Source: a bacterium
GTDB taxonomy: Bacteria > Lindowbacteria > 2-12-FULL-62-27
Direction of reading: 5' to 3'
Assembly: GCA_016202645.1 (NCBI GenBank)
Contig: JACQOF010000146.1
Coordinates: 620-64,619, forward strand
DNA length: 64,000 bases
A program made the translations under genes and the position numbers. The notes under the pieces are model-generated. The model was not told the origin of the DNA. It saw only the letters and a list, made by a program, of their open reading frames with translations, and did not search any database. The number at the start of each line of letters is the position of its first letter. Position 1 is the stretch's first letter. Shown piece by piece: positions 16,786 to 24,956 of the stretch.

Positions 16786-18696
16786 ATGGATTTACCTGTT
16801 CGCAGGATTGTGGAACGCGTGGGGCCGAATCGGCTCTATGTCGAGGGCGCGGCGCCGGAGACGGCGGATCCGGCCCGCCCCGCGCTTTTATTTGTCGGAG
16901 GATCCTTTGACGGCAGTTGGATCTTCCGGGAGGAAGCTTCGTTTTTCGCGTCGAGGGGCTGGCCAGTCTACGCCATCAATCCCCGCGGATTTTATCTCAG
17001 CCGGTATCGCGGCGTCGCGGGACTCACGATCGAAGATTACCTCGAGGACATCCGGACCGTCCGGGAGAGTCTCGGCTTAAACCGCGTCATCCTTGCCGGG
17101 TACAGCATGGGGGGCCTGCTCATGCTCAAACACGCCGAACGCCACGGCGCGGAGGGCCTGATCCTGTACGACAGCGACGCGACCCGGGAAGTGTGGGACG
17201 CGTCCGGCCGGCCGCGTCACGTTCCGCACGTTCCGCCGGTTGTCGAGTTCTGGCCGTCGCCCGCGATCGTGGACGAGATGTGGGGCGGCCACACGAGCCG
17301 CCGGCAGTACCGGGCATTTCTGGATCTCTTCAAACAGACCCGGGTGTCCGGGCAGTGTTTCCGCCTGACCGAACACGGCGGCTTCGACGTCGATCTCGGC
17401 CGGGTCCGGTGTCCGGCCCTGATCATCGGCATTCGCAAGGACGAAAAAACCTTGGAGGAATATTTCAAACGGCTGAACGCCGCGTGGCTGGTCTTCGAGG
17501 GCAGTTCGCACGGGAGCATTCTCGTCGGGCCGCGGTCGATGGCGATCACCGAGGAAGTCGCCCGGTGGCTGGAGGCCGGCTGTCCGACCGGCGACCGCCG
17601 GATTTTTCCGCACCTGGGGTTTGTTTCCTGGGACCGGCAGATTTACCGGATGAGGCTGTCCTATCTTTCCGGATGGCACCGACCCGAAGTCGTGATCCCT
17701 CTTCCCGGATCGAAACCTCCCGCGAAAATTCCGATGGAACGGGTGGGGGACGGCCGGGAGGCGGGAGAGGCGCTGTATCGGGCGACGTTCACGCTGAGCC
17801 GCAAGTCCGGGTTTTACGTCCGGGACGGCGGGGGCGTGGACCGTCCGCCGGGCGCGGGCCTCTATCGCCCCCTGGCGCGGGAAATCCATCTGGCCGACGG
17901 CGAATTTTTCCCATACCGGCCGTCCCTGAAAAAACCGAAAATCCCGCAGTACCGCACGCTGAAAATCTTTTCGAAAGTACTTCATCACCACTTCGTCGCC
18001 CACGTCATGGTCCCCCGAAACTACAGCGCGGAGCACGGTCCCTACCCGGTCGCCGTTTTGAACGACGGGCAGAACCAGTGGAAAAATCGGGGCGCCATGG
18101 GCGGCTGGCACACCAACTCCACAGCGTCCGCGCTGGTCCGCAAGGGCCGCTGCCGGGAGATGGTCCTGGTCGGCGTTGAATCGACGCGGCTCAATCGCAA
18201 TCAATACTATTTGACCCCGCCGGCCGGCCGGGGCGATCTCTATGTGGATTTCCTGGCCGACGTTCTCCTGCCGGCGCTCCGCCGCGACTACCACATCGCC
18301 GACCGCCCCGACGACATCGGCATCATCGGGTCTTCCTACGGCGCCCACAGCGCGGTCTACGCGGGACTCAAACGCCCGGACGTCTTCGGCCTCATCGGGT
18401 CCCTCTCCTACGCCCCGGTCAAAGGCCGCCCGATCGTCGACTGGTTCCGGAAAGCCACGCGCCTGCCCTTCAAAAAACTTTATCTCGACTGCGGAACGCG
18501 CTGGACCCCCCACCAAAAAGGCCACCGCACCGACAACACCGCCGTCACCCTCGCCCTCATCCGCGCGGCCCGATCCAAAGGCCTCCGGGACGGCCGGTCC
18601 CTCATGGGCTGGATCGTCCCGGGCCACTGCCACGACGAAACCTTCTGGAGAAAACGCATCGGCAAGTGCCTGGAATTTCTCTTTCCGCTGATCTGA
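16786..18696 (+). CDS. Two-domain alpha/beta-hydrolase + esterase (esterase-D/enterochelin-esterase-like) fusion protein
   Basis: Two separate nucleophile elbows: N-terminal 'LAGYSMGG' and C-terminal 'IGIIGSSYGAHSAVYAG'. The C-terminal half has the 'putative esterase' layout, with an Ig-like pre-domain followed by the hydrolase. Confidence 0.7.
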   Translation: MDLPVRRIVERVGPNRLYVEGAAPETADPARPALLFVGGSFDGSWIFREEASFFASRGWPVYAINPRGFYLSRYRGVAGLTIEDYLEDIRTVRESLGLNRVILAGYSMGGLLMLKHAERHGAEGLILYDSDATREVWDASGRPRHVPHVPPVVEFWPSPAIVDEMWGGHTSRRQYRAFLDLFKQTRVSGQCFRLTEHGGFDVDLGRVRCPALIIGIRKDEKTLEEYFKRLNAAWLVFEGSSHGSILVGPRSMAITEEVARWLEAGCPTGDRRIFPHLGFVSWDRQIYRMRLSYLSGWHRPEVVIPLPGSKPPAKIPMERVGDGREAGEALYRATFTLSRKSGFYVRDGGGVDRPPGAGLYRPLAREIHLADGEFFPYRPSLKKPKIPQYRTLKIFSKVLHHHFVAHVMVPRNYSAEHGPYPVAVLNDGQNQWKNRGAMGGWHTNSTASALVRKGRCREMVLVGVESTRLNRNQYYLTPPAGRGDLYVDFLADVLLPALRRDYHIADRPDDIGIIGSSYGAHSAVYAGLKRPDVFGLIGSLSYAPVKGRPIVDWFRKATRLPFKKLYLDCGTRWTPHQKGHRTDNTAVTLALIRAARSKGLRDGRSLMGWIVPGHCHDETFWRKRIGKCLEFLFPLI

Positions 18697-18755
18697 TCTC
18701 AACATTCCCGTTGACACTCCCCCCACGCGCAGATAGAAGAAGCAGGTAGGCACTT

Positions 18756-20306
18756 ATGAACTTCGACATCAATCTTCCCGGGCTGGCTCTCTATGGCGGG
18801 GGCGTGGCTTTGGGAGTCCTTTTTGGGTATTTGGTCCGGCGATTTTTTGAAAAGAAGCTTCTGAGGTCCGCGGAGGATCGTGCCGAGCAGATTCGGATTG
18901 CGGCGGGCGCGGCCGCGGAGGAGCTGAAAAAAGAAAAATTGCTGGAAGGCCGCGAGATCATCCAGCTTGAGCGGGAGGACCTCGAGCAGGAGCTCGCGAA
19001 GGAGCGGATGCGGATCCAGGAGATCGAGCAGCAGGTACTGCGGCGCGGCGATTTCCTGGACAAGCGCGATGAGGAAGTCCGCGCCCGCGAGGGGGACCTC
19101 TCGAAGTCCGCCGACCGGCTGAAGGACGAGGCCGCCCGGCTGGCCGAGGGCGAGGGCCGCGTCACCCGGGAACTCGAACGCGTGTCCCGCCTCACCGCCC
19201 AGGAAGCCAAGGAAATTCTGCTCGACCGCATGTCCACCGACGCCAAGCTCGACGCCGCCAAATTCGTCAAAAAAATCGAAGGCGAGGCCAAACGCCTCGC
19301 GGAACGCAAAGCCCAGACCATCGTCGCCACCGCCATTCAGCGGCTCGCGGCGGACGTGACCCAGGAATACACGATTTCCGTGGTCACTCTTCCGAGCGAC
19401 GACATGAAAGGCCGGATCATCGGCCGGGAGGGCCGGAACATCCGGGAGTTTGAAAAGTTGACCGGCGTCGACGTCATCATCGACGACACGCCCGAAACGG
19501 TCGTCCTCTCCTCCTTTGATCCCTACCGCCGCGAAGTCGCGCGGATCTCCCTGGAGCGGCTCATCATCGACGGCCGGATCCATCCGGCGCGCATCGAGGA
19601 GATACTCGCCAAGGTCGAGCAGGAGATGCAGGCCAAGCTCATCGAGATCGGCGAGCGCGCCATGTACGAACTCGGCGTGACCGACATCCCCGAAGAAGAA
19701 ATCCGCCTCATCGGCCGTCTCCATTTCCGGACCAGCTACGGCCAGAACGTGCTCGAGCATTCCAAGGAAGTCGCCTATCTGGCGTCGCTCATGGCCGCGG
19801 AAGTCGGCGCCAACACCCGGATGGTCCGGCGCATCGGGATCCTCCATGACATCGGCAAGGTCCTGACGCAGGAGGCCGAAGGCCCGCACGCGCTGGTCGG
19901 GGCGGAATTCGCGGCGAAGCACGGGGAAACCGGCGCCGTCACGAACGGCATCGCCGCCCACCACGGCGAGTGCGAGCCGACCACCATCGAAAGCGTCCTC
20001 ATCGCCGCCGCCGACGCCATCAGCGCGTCCCGGCCGGGAGCCCGGCAGGAAAACGTGGAGTCCTACATCAAGCGCCTCGAAAACCTGGAGCAGATCGCCC
20101 GCGAATTTCCGAGCGTCGAGAAGGCCTTCGCGATCCAGGCCGGCCGCGAAGTCCGCGCGATTCTCCGAAGCGAGCAGGTGACGGACGAGCAGATGGAGGA
20201 AATCGCCCGGGCCATGGCCCAGCGGATCGAGAAGACCATCGACTATCCCGGCCAGATCAAAGTCACCTGCATCCGGGAATCCCGCATTATCGAGTACGCC
20301 CGCTGA
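18756..20306 (+). CDS. rny: Ribonuclease Y
   Basis: N-terminal TM, coiled-coil, a KH domain ('GRIIGREGRNIREFEKLTGVDVIIDDTPE') and an HD domain ('GILHDIGKV...AAHHGE'). Confidence 0.95.
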   Translation: MNFDINLPGLALYGGGVALGVLFGYLVRRFFEKKLLRSAEDRAEQIRIAAGAAAEELKKEKLLEGREIIQLEREDLEQELAKERMRIQEIEQQVLRRGDFLDKRDEEVRAREGDLSKSADRLKDEAARLAEGEGRVTRELERVSRLTAQEAKEILLDRMSTDAKLDAAKFVKKIEGEAKRLAERKAQTIVATAIQRLAADVTQEYTISVVTLPSDDMKGRIIGREGRNIREFEKLTGVDVIIDDTPETVVLSSFDPYRREVARISLERLIIDGRIHPARIEEILAKVEQEMQAKLIEIGERAMYELGVTDIPEEEIRLIGRLHFRTSYGQNVLEHSKEVAYLASLMAAEVGANTRMVRRIGILHDIGKVLTQEAEGPHALVGAEFAAKHGETGAVTNGIAAHHGECEPTTIESVLIAAADAISASRPGARQENVESYIKRLENLEQIAREFPSVEKAFAIQAGREVRAILRSEQVTDEQMEEIARAMAQRIEKTIDYPGQIKVTCIRESRIIEYAR

Positions 20307-20315
20307 TGTCCGGCA

Positions 20316-20410
20316 GTATCGGAGTATCGGGGTATCGGAGTATCGGAGTATCGGAGTATCGGAGTATCGGAGAGCCTCACCGATACTCCGATACACCGAT
20401 ACTCCGATAC
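20316..20410. repeat. Octamer array GTATCGGA x7 followed by four inverted units (NCCGATAC); long hairpin filling the rny-ymdB spacer
   Basis: Read directly. Direct units span 20316-20371 (one variant, GTATCGGG). The loop is gagcctc. Inverted units span 20379-20410, two of them perfect complements. Confidence 0.9.
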
Positions 20411-20418
20411 GCTCCGAC

Positions 20419-21240
20419 ATGAGGATTCTCTTCCTGGGCGACGTCGTCGGCCGCCCCGGCCGGACCATCGTCGCGCGGCGCGTGCCTCTGCTGAGACAGG
20501 AACTCAAGCTCGACGTCGTCATCGCCAACGGGGAAAACCTCGCGTCCGGGATCGGGATTACCATGGACAAGGCCGAGGAGATGTTCCGGGCGGGCGTCGA
20601 CGTCCTCACGAGCGGAAATCACGTCTGGAAAAAAAAGGAATTCGTCGATCACATCTCCAAACACGACGAACCCCGCATCCTCCGGCCCGCCAATTACCCT
20701 GACGGCGCGCCCGGCAAAGGCTGGCGGATCGTGCAGGTCGGTGGTACAACCCTCGGCGTGGTCAACCTCCAGGGGCGGATCTTCATGGAACCGATCGACT
20801 GCCCCTTTCAGGTCGGCCGACGCGCGGTGCAGGACTTGAAGTCCAAAGGCGTCAAGACCATTTTTCTCGACATGCACGCCGAGGCGACCAGCGAAAAACG
20901 CGCGATGGGGCATTTTATGGACGGGCAGGTCAGCGTTGTCGTCGGCACGCACACGCATGTGCAGACGTCCGACGAGGAGATTTTGCCGGGCGGAACCGCC
21001 TACATCACAGACGCCGGGATGGTCGGAGTCGCGCAATCGGTCATCGGCGTGGAGATCGCTCCGATCCTCGAGCGGTTCCTGACGCAGATGCCGGTCAAGT
21101 TCGGCGTGCCGGCCGGCGGCGAAGTGAGCCTGTGCGGGATTGTGGCCGAAACAAACGGGGACGGCCGCGCGACGATGATCAAAAGAATACAGGAACGACA
21201 TCCGTATCCGGGAACTGCAGAACGATCCACGCGGAACTGA
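20419..21240 (+). CDS. ymdB: YmdB-family metallophosphoesterase (TIGR00282-type 2',3'-cyclic-nucleotide phosphodiesterase)
   Basis: 'MRILFLGDVVGRPGR', 'ANGENLASGIGIT', 'TSGNHVWKKKE', 'FLDMHAEATSEK', 'GTHTHVQTSDE'. Sits downstream of rny, as in Bacillus. Confidence 0.9.
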   Translation: MRILFLGDVVGRPGRTIVARRVPLLRQELKLDVVIANGENLASGIGITMDKAEEMFRAGVDVLTSGNHVWKKKEFVDHISKHDEPRILRPANYPDGAPGKGWRIVQVGGTTLGVVNLQGRIFMEPIDCPFQVGRRAVQDLKSKGVKTIFLDMHAEATSEKRAMGHFMDGQVSVVVGTHTHVQTSDEEILPGGTAYITDAGMVGVAQSVIGVEIAPILERFLTQMPVKFGVPAGGEVSLCGIVAETNGDGRATMIKRIQERHPYPGTAERSTRN

Positions 21241-21271
21241 GATTCGCCTTCCGCAGAAAAAGAGGTGGACC

Positions 21272-21535
21272 ATGGCGCTCTTGAAAGTGTCGTCGAAATC
21301 AAATGCACCCAGTGTGGCAGGCGCAATCGCGGGGTTCTTGAAGGAAAACGGCCGGGTCGAGCTTCAGGCCATCGGCGCGGCGGCGGTGAACCAGGCCGTG
21401 AAAGCCATCGCCATCGCGCGGGGCTACGTCGCGGCCAACGGCATCGATCTCGTCGCCATTCCCGCGTTTGTTGACCTCAACATCGACGGCCACGAAAAAA
21501 CGGCGATCAAACTCATCGTCCGGGCGGACCGCTGA
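21272..21535 (+). CDS. spoVS: SpoVS-family protein
   Basis: 87 aa. 'LKVSSKSNAPSVAGAIAGFLKENGRVELQAIGAAAVNQAVKAIAIARGY' is the SpoVS signature. Confidence 0.9.
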   Translation: MALLKVSSKSNAPSVAGAIAGFLKENGRVELQAIGAAAVNQAVKAIAIARGYVAANGIDLVAIPAFVDLNIDGHEKTAIKLIVRADR

Positions 21536-22431
21536 AGATTCTGGATGGCCGCGCCTCCTCCGCCGCCGCGCGGGAGGCGGTGTCACGCGCGGCGTTGTTT
21601 TTAAGGAAACGGGGGATTCATCCGCGCCTCGCCGCGATCCTCGTTGGTCGAAACCCGGCGTCCGAGTCGTATGTGGCCGGAAAACGACGCGCCGCGAAAT
21701 CCTGCGGCATCGACAGCCTTCTCTTTCGGCTCCCCGCGTCCACCAGCCAGTCCGGCCTTCACGCCCTCATCGGCCGCCTGAATCGCCGGCGTGACGTCCA
21801 CGGCATTTTGCTTCAGCTCCCGCTTCCCGCACGCCTCTCGGCCGAGGAAGCCCTAGTCCGGATATCGCCCGAAAAAGACGTGGACGGCCTTCATCCCGAA
21901 AATCTCGGGCGACTGGCCGCCGGCGTTCCCCGGTTCGTCCCTTGCACGCCGAAGGGCGTCCTCCATCTCCTCGATTTTTTTCGCGTACCCGTCGAGGGAA
22001 AACACGTCGTCATCGTCGGCCGCAGCCGCCTGGTCGGCCGGCCCCTCGCTCTGCTCTTCATCCACCGAAATGCCACCGTCACCGTCTGCCACAGCCGCAC
22101 GCGCCGCCTCGCCCAGCAGACCCGCCGCGCGGATATCCTCGTGGCGGCGGCCGGCCGCAAACATCTGATCCGCGCGTCTCACGTCCAGAAAGGCGCCGTG
22201 GTCGTCGACGTCGGCATCCATGTGTCCGTGTCGCCGTCCGGCGCGAAGCGGTTCCACGGAGATGTTTCGCCCTCCGTCCGCCGCGCCGCCGGCGTTCTCT
22301 CGCCCGTGCCCGGAGGCGTCGGGCCGGAAACCGTCGCGCAGCTCCTGGCCAACACGGTCCGGGCCGCCGCCCGATGTCTCGCCGCCAAACATGCAGGCTC
22401 CTTCGAACGCTCGCATCTACACCGTCTCTGA
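21532..22431 (+). CDS. folD: Bifunctional methylenetetrahydrofolate dehydrogenase / methenyl-THF cyclohydrolase
   Basis: 'LAAILVGRNPASESYV', 'GILLQLPLP', 'KDVDGLHPENLG', 'VVIVGRSRLVGRPLA', 'PVPGGVGPETVA'. The first ATG/GTG/TTG in frame is GTG 21580, which would remove the conserved N-terminal 'KILDG' strand. That strand is encoded from CTG 21532 (CTG AAG ATT CTG GAT GGC), so the start is set there. The exact start is uncertain. Confidence 0.85.
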   Translation: MKILDGRASSAAAREAVSRAALFLRKRGIHPRLAAILVGRNPASESYVAGKRRAAKSCGIDSLLFRLPASTSQSGLHALIGRLNRRRDVHGILLQLPLPARLSAEEALVRISPEKDVDGLHPENLGRLAAGVPRFVPCTPKGVLHLLDFFRVPVEGKHVVIVGRSRLVGRPLALLFIHRNATVTVCHSRTRRLAQQTRRADILVAAAGRKHLIRASHVQKGAVVVDVGIHVSVSPSGAKRFHGDVSPSVRRAAGVLSPVPGGVGPETVAQLLANTVRAAARCLAAKHAGSFERSHLHRL

Positions 22432-23608
22432 GATCACCGGCGAGATCCGCCGGCTGGTCCTCAGGGGGTTTGACGAGATCGCGGTCAGCGGCGAAATTTC
22501 GAATTTTTCCCATTATCCCGCGTCCGGGCACATGTACTTTTCCCTCAAAGACGCCGGAGCATCGATCCGCTGTGTTTTTTTCCGCGGGGACAATGAGTCC
22601 CTGAATTTCGTACCGGAAAACGGCATGCAGGTCGTCGCCGTCGGCCGGCTGGACATCTACCAGGCGAAAGGCGAATACCAGCTCAAGGTCGGCCGTCTTC
22701 TCCCGCAGGGTCTCGGGTCGCTTGCGGTGGCCCTGGAACAGCTCAAGAAAAAACTCGCCGCCGACGGACTCTTCGATCCGTCCCGGAAACGGCCCCTGCC
22801 GGCGTTTCCGGCCTGCATTGGCGTGGTCACGTCGACGCAGGGCGCCGCCATCCGGGACATTCTCAAAGTCGGCCTGCGGCGCTGGCCGGGCGCGCAGGTT
22901 CTGGTGTACCCGGTTGCGGTGGAAGGCGCGAAGGCCGCTCCCGAAATAGCGGAAGCCATCCGCCGGATGGGCCGGTACGGCCTGTGCGACGTCCTCATCG
23001 TCGGCCGGGGCGGCGGGTCGATCGAGGATCTCTGGGCGTTCAATGAGGAAATCGTCTGCCGCGCGGCGGCGGAATGCCCGGTCCCGGTCGTCTCGGCGGT
23101 CGGGCATGAAAAAGACGTCACGCTGATCGACCTGGTGGCCGACGTCCGCGCGGCGACGCCGTCGATGGCGGCGGAAATCGTCTTTCCGGAACGGGAAGCG
23201 CTGGAGGCGGACCTCTTAAACAGCCGTCGCCGCCTGTCCCGGGAACTCAAACAGAAATTCTCGCTTGCGGCCGGCCGGCTTGATCTGATAAAAAAAAGCC
23301 GCTGGCGTCGGGACCCCCGGAGCCTCGTCGAATCCCGCTGGCAGAGGATCGACGAGCTCAAAAGGGATCTCGCGCGGATGTTCACAGGACGGATCCGCGA
23401 AACCCGGCAGATTCTGAAAACTTTGGACGCCCGCATCCGGGCGCTATCGCCGGCGGCCGTCCTCGCGCGGGGATTCGCAATGATCACGGACGAAAAGGGG
23501 GCCGTCGTCCGAAACGCCCGGCGGGTTGATCCGGGCGCCCGCCTGACAGCCCGTTTGGCCAAAGGGAAATTGGGCGTCAGGGTCGAAAAAATTTTAGCTG
23601 AGGGCTGA
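22391..23608 (+). CDS. xseA: Exodeoxyribonuclease VII large subunit
   Basis: 'IYTVSEITGEIRRLV...VSGEISNFSHYPASGHMYFSLKD', 'GVVTSTQGAAIRDI', 'IVGRGGGSIEDLWAFNEE'. The start was moved to ATG 22391. The tracked ORF's 22220-22390 extension overlaps folD. Confidence 0.9.
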   Translation: MQAPSNARIYTVSEITGEIRRLVLRGFDEIAVSGEISNFSHYPASGHMYFSLKDAGASIRCVFFRGDNESLNFVPENGMQVVAVGRLDIYQAKGEYQLKVGRLLPQGLGSLAVALEQLKKKLAADGLFDPSRKRPLPAFPACIGVVTSTQGAAIRDILKVGLRRWPGAQVLVYPVAVEGAKAAPEIAEAIRRMGRYGLCDVLIVGRGGGSIEDLWAFNEEIVCRAAAECPVPVVSAVGHEKDVTLIDLVADVRAATPSMAAEIVFPEREALEADLLNSRRRLSRELKQKFSLAAGRLDLIKKSRWRRDPRSLVESRWQRIDELKRDLARMFTGRIRETRQILKTLDARIRALSPAAVLARGFAMITDEKGAVVRNARRVDPGARLTARLAKGKLGVRVEKILAEG

Positions 23609-23636
23609 AGGCTGTCCCGGCAGTGAGGAGAGACAG

Positions 23637-23876
23637 ATGGCGGAACGCGAGTTGAAATTCGAGGAGGCGATGGAACGGCTGGAGACTATCTCCGGGAAAT
23701 TGGAATCCGAGGAGACGGCGCTGGAGGACGCCATCCGGCTGTATGAGGAAGGCATTAAACTGGTCAAGGTCTGCGAAAAGAAACTGGCCGCGGCCGAGGC
23801 CAAACTTGAAAAGGTTCTGCCGGAAAGCACGGCGGACCGCGCGGCGAAAGGGCCGCTGAACCTGCGGGAGAACTAG
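23637..23876 (+). CDS. xseB: Exodeoxyribonuclease VII small subunit
   Basis: 'KFEEAMERLETISGKLESEETALEDAIRLYEEGIKLVKVCEKKL'. Confidence 0.9.
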   Translation: MAERELKFEEAMERLETISGKLESEETALEDAIRLYEEGIKLVKVCEKKLAAAEAKLEKVLPESTADRAAKGPLNLREN

Positions 23877-23887
23877 GAGATGGCGGC

Positions 23888-24802
23888 ATGCCGGTGTCAA
23901 CCGAACCCAGAACGATGATCGATTTTATCGAGGCCCAGCGCGGCCGGATCGAAGTGGTTTTGAAGAAGGTGCTCCACCACCGGGAGACATGGCCCCAGGC
24001 GCTCACCGACGCCGCGGCCCACTCGCTCTTTGCCGGCGGCAAACGCCTCCGCCCGGTCCTCGCCCTGACGGTGGTTGAAATGCTCGGCCGGGACTACGTG
24101 AAATATGAAAATCTCTTCGCCGCGCTCGAGTGCATTCACACCTACTCCCTCATCCACGACGACCTGCCCGCGATGGACAACGACGAGCTTCGGCGGGGGA
24201 GTCCCACGTGCCACAAAAAATTCGGCGAGGCCGCGGCGATCCTCGCCGGGGATGGACTTCTGACCCTCGCGTTTGAGCTGTTGTCGGAGGACTCCTTCGT
24301 CAAGAATTTTCAGCCGGAGCATGTGGTCCAGTGCATCCGGCACGTTTCCGTGGCCGCCGGATTTTCGGGCATGGTCGGCGGCCAGTATTACGACATCCAC
24401 GGCACGGGCGGCGCCAGGGACGAAAAACAGCTTCTGAAAATTCACGCCATGAAAACCGCAAGACTCCTCTCGGCGTCCGTGGCCGCGCCGGCCGTCCTCT
24501 CCGGCGTCCACGAGATCATCCTGGCGAAACTGGTGGAATACGGCGACGCGATCGGCCTCGCGTTTCAAATCTGCGACGATATCCTGAACGTGGTGGGATC
24601 CAAGGAGAACATGGGCAAACCCGTCGGCAGTGACGACGGTCGCGAAACCCTCACCTATCCGAAAGTCGTGGGCCTCGACAAATCCGCCGCCAAAGCTCGG
24701 GAACTCTGCGAACAGGCTAAGAAAGCCATGGAAGCCTTCCCCGCCGAAAAACGCCAGCCCTTCGACCTCCTGGCCGAATTCATCATCGAACGCGTCAAGT
24801 AG
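23888..24802 (+). CDS. ispA: Polyprenyl (farnesyl/geranylgeranyl) diphosphate synthase
   Basis: First and second Asp-rich motifs: 'LIHDDLPAMDNDELRRG' and 'FQICDDILN'. The xseA-xseB-ispA order is the classical arrangement. Confidence 0.85.
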   Translation: MPVSTEPRTMIDFIEAQRGRIEVVLKKVLHHRETWPQALTDAAAHSLFAGGKRLRPVLALTVVEMLGRDYVKYENLFAALECIHTYSLIHDDLPAMDNDELRRGSPTCHKKFGEAAAILAGDGLLTLAFELLSEDSFVKNFQPEHVVQCIRHVSVAAGFSGMVGGQYYDIHGTGGARDEKQLLKIHAMKTARLLSASVAAPAVLSGVHEIILAKLVEYGDAIGLAFQICDDILNVVGSKENMGKPVGSDDGRETLTYPKVVGLDKSAAKARELCEQAKKAMEAFPAEKRQPFDLLAEFIIERVK

Positions 24803-24815
24803 CTGCCCTGAATCC

Positions 24816-24914
24816 GTCATTCCCGCGAAAGCGGGAATCCAGTCTTCTTTGCGATGGGTCTGGCTGCCCGCCGAAGTTTACACCGTGCTGGATTCCCGCT
24901 TTCGCGGGAATGAC
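24816..24914. repeat. Palindromic interspersed element, family A (full copy A1)
   Basis: GTCATTCCCGCGAAAGCGGGAATCCAG ... CTGGATTCCCGCTTTCGCGGGAATGAC. Each arm is itself a CCCGC-GAAA-GCGGG tetraloop hairpin. The internal segment and a ~25-nt right tail are shared with copy A3. Confidence 0.85.
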
Positions 24915-24956
24915 AGACACGGGATGGGCATGACGGCCTAAGCAGTTGCAGTCGGA

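Noticed and set aside
14008-18696. Defence island or prophage around the TA modules
   Set aside because: Only an AbiE-like pair is present here, with a HigBA-like pair and an ORF6N relic elsewhere. There is no integrase, recombinase, nuclease/helicase defence gene, att-like direct repeat or tRNA.
17077-18753. 558-aa minus-strand ORF opposite the hydrolase fusion gene, and the 420-aa +2-frame ORF at 16917-18179
   Set aside because: Low-complexity Arg/Pro/Gly translations. The frame carrying the two GxSxG elbows is the coherent one.
20316-20410. CRISPR array
   Set aside because: The tandem tracts (20316, 38514, 39104, 42791) are contiguous 7-8-bp units with no spacers. The family A, B and C elements are dispersed single copies. 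No cas genes are present.
18699-20609. 636-aa ORF on the minus strand spanning rny and the start of ymdB
   Set aside because: It is a shadow ORF typical of high-GC DNA. It has low-complexity R/G/D/L composition and no recognisable motif. The plus strand encodes unmistakable RNase Y and YmdB.
21272-21535. SpoVS as evidence of an endospore former
   Set aside because: SpoVS homologues are widespread in non-sporulating phyla. The window shows diderm features (OmpA/Pal, porins, TonB_C, PorV-like). Only the rny-ymdB-spoVS synteny is shared with Bacillus.
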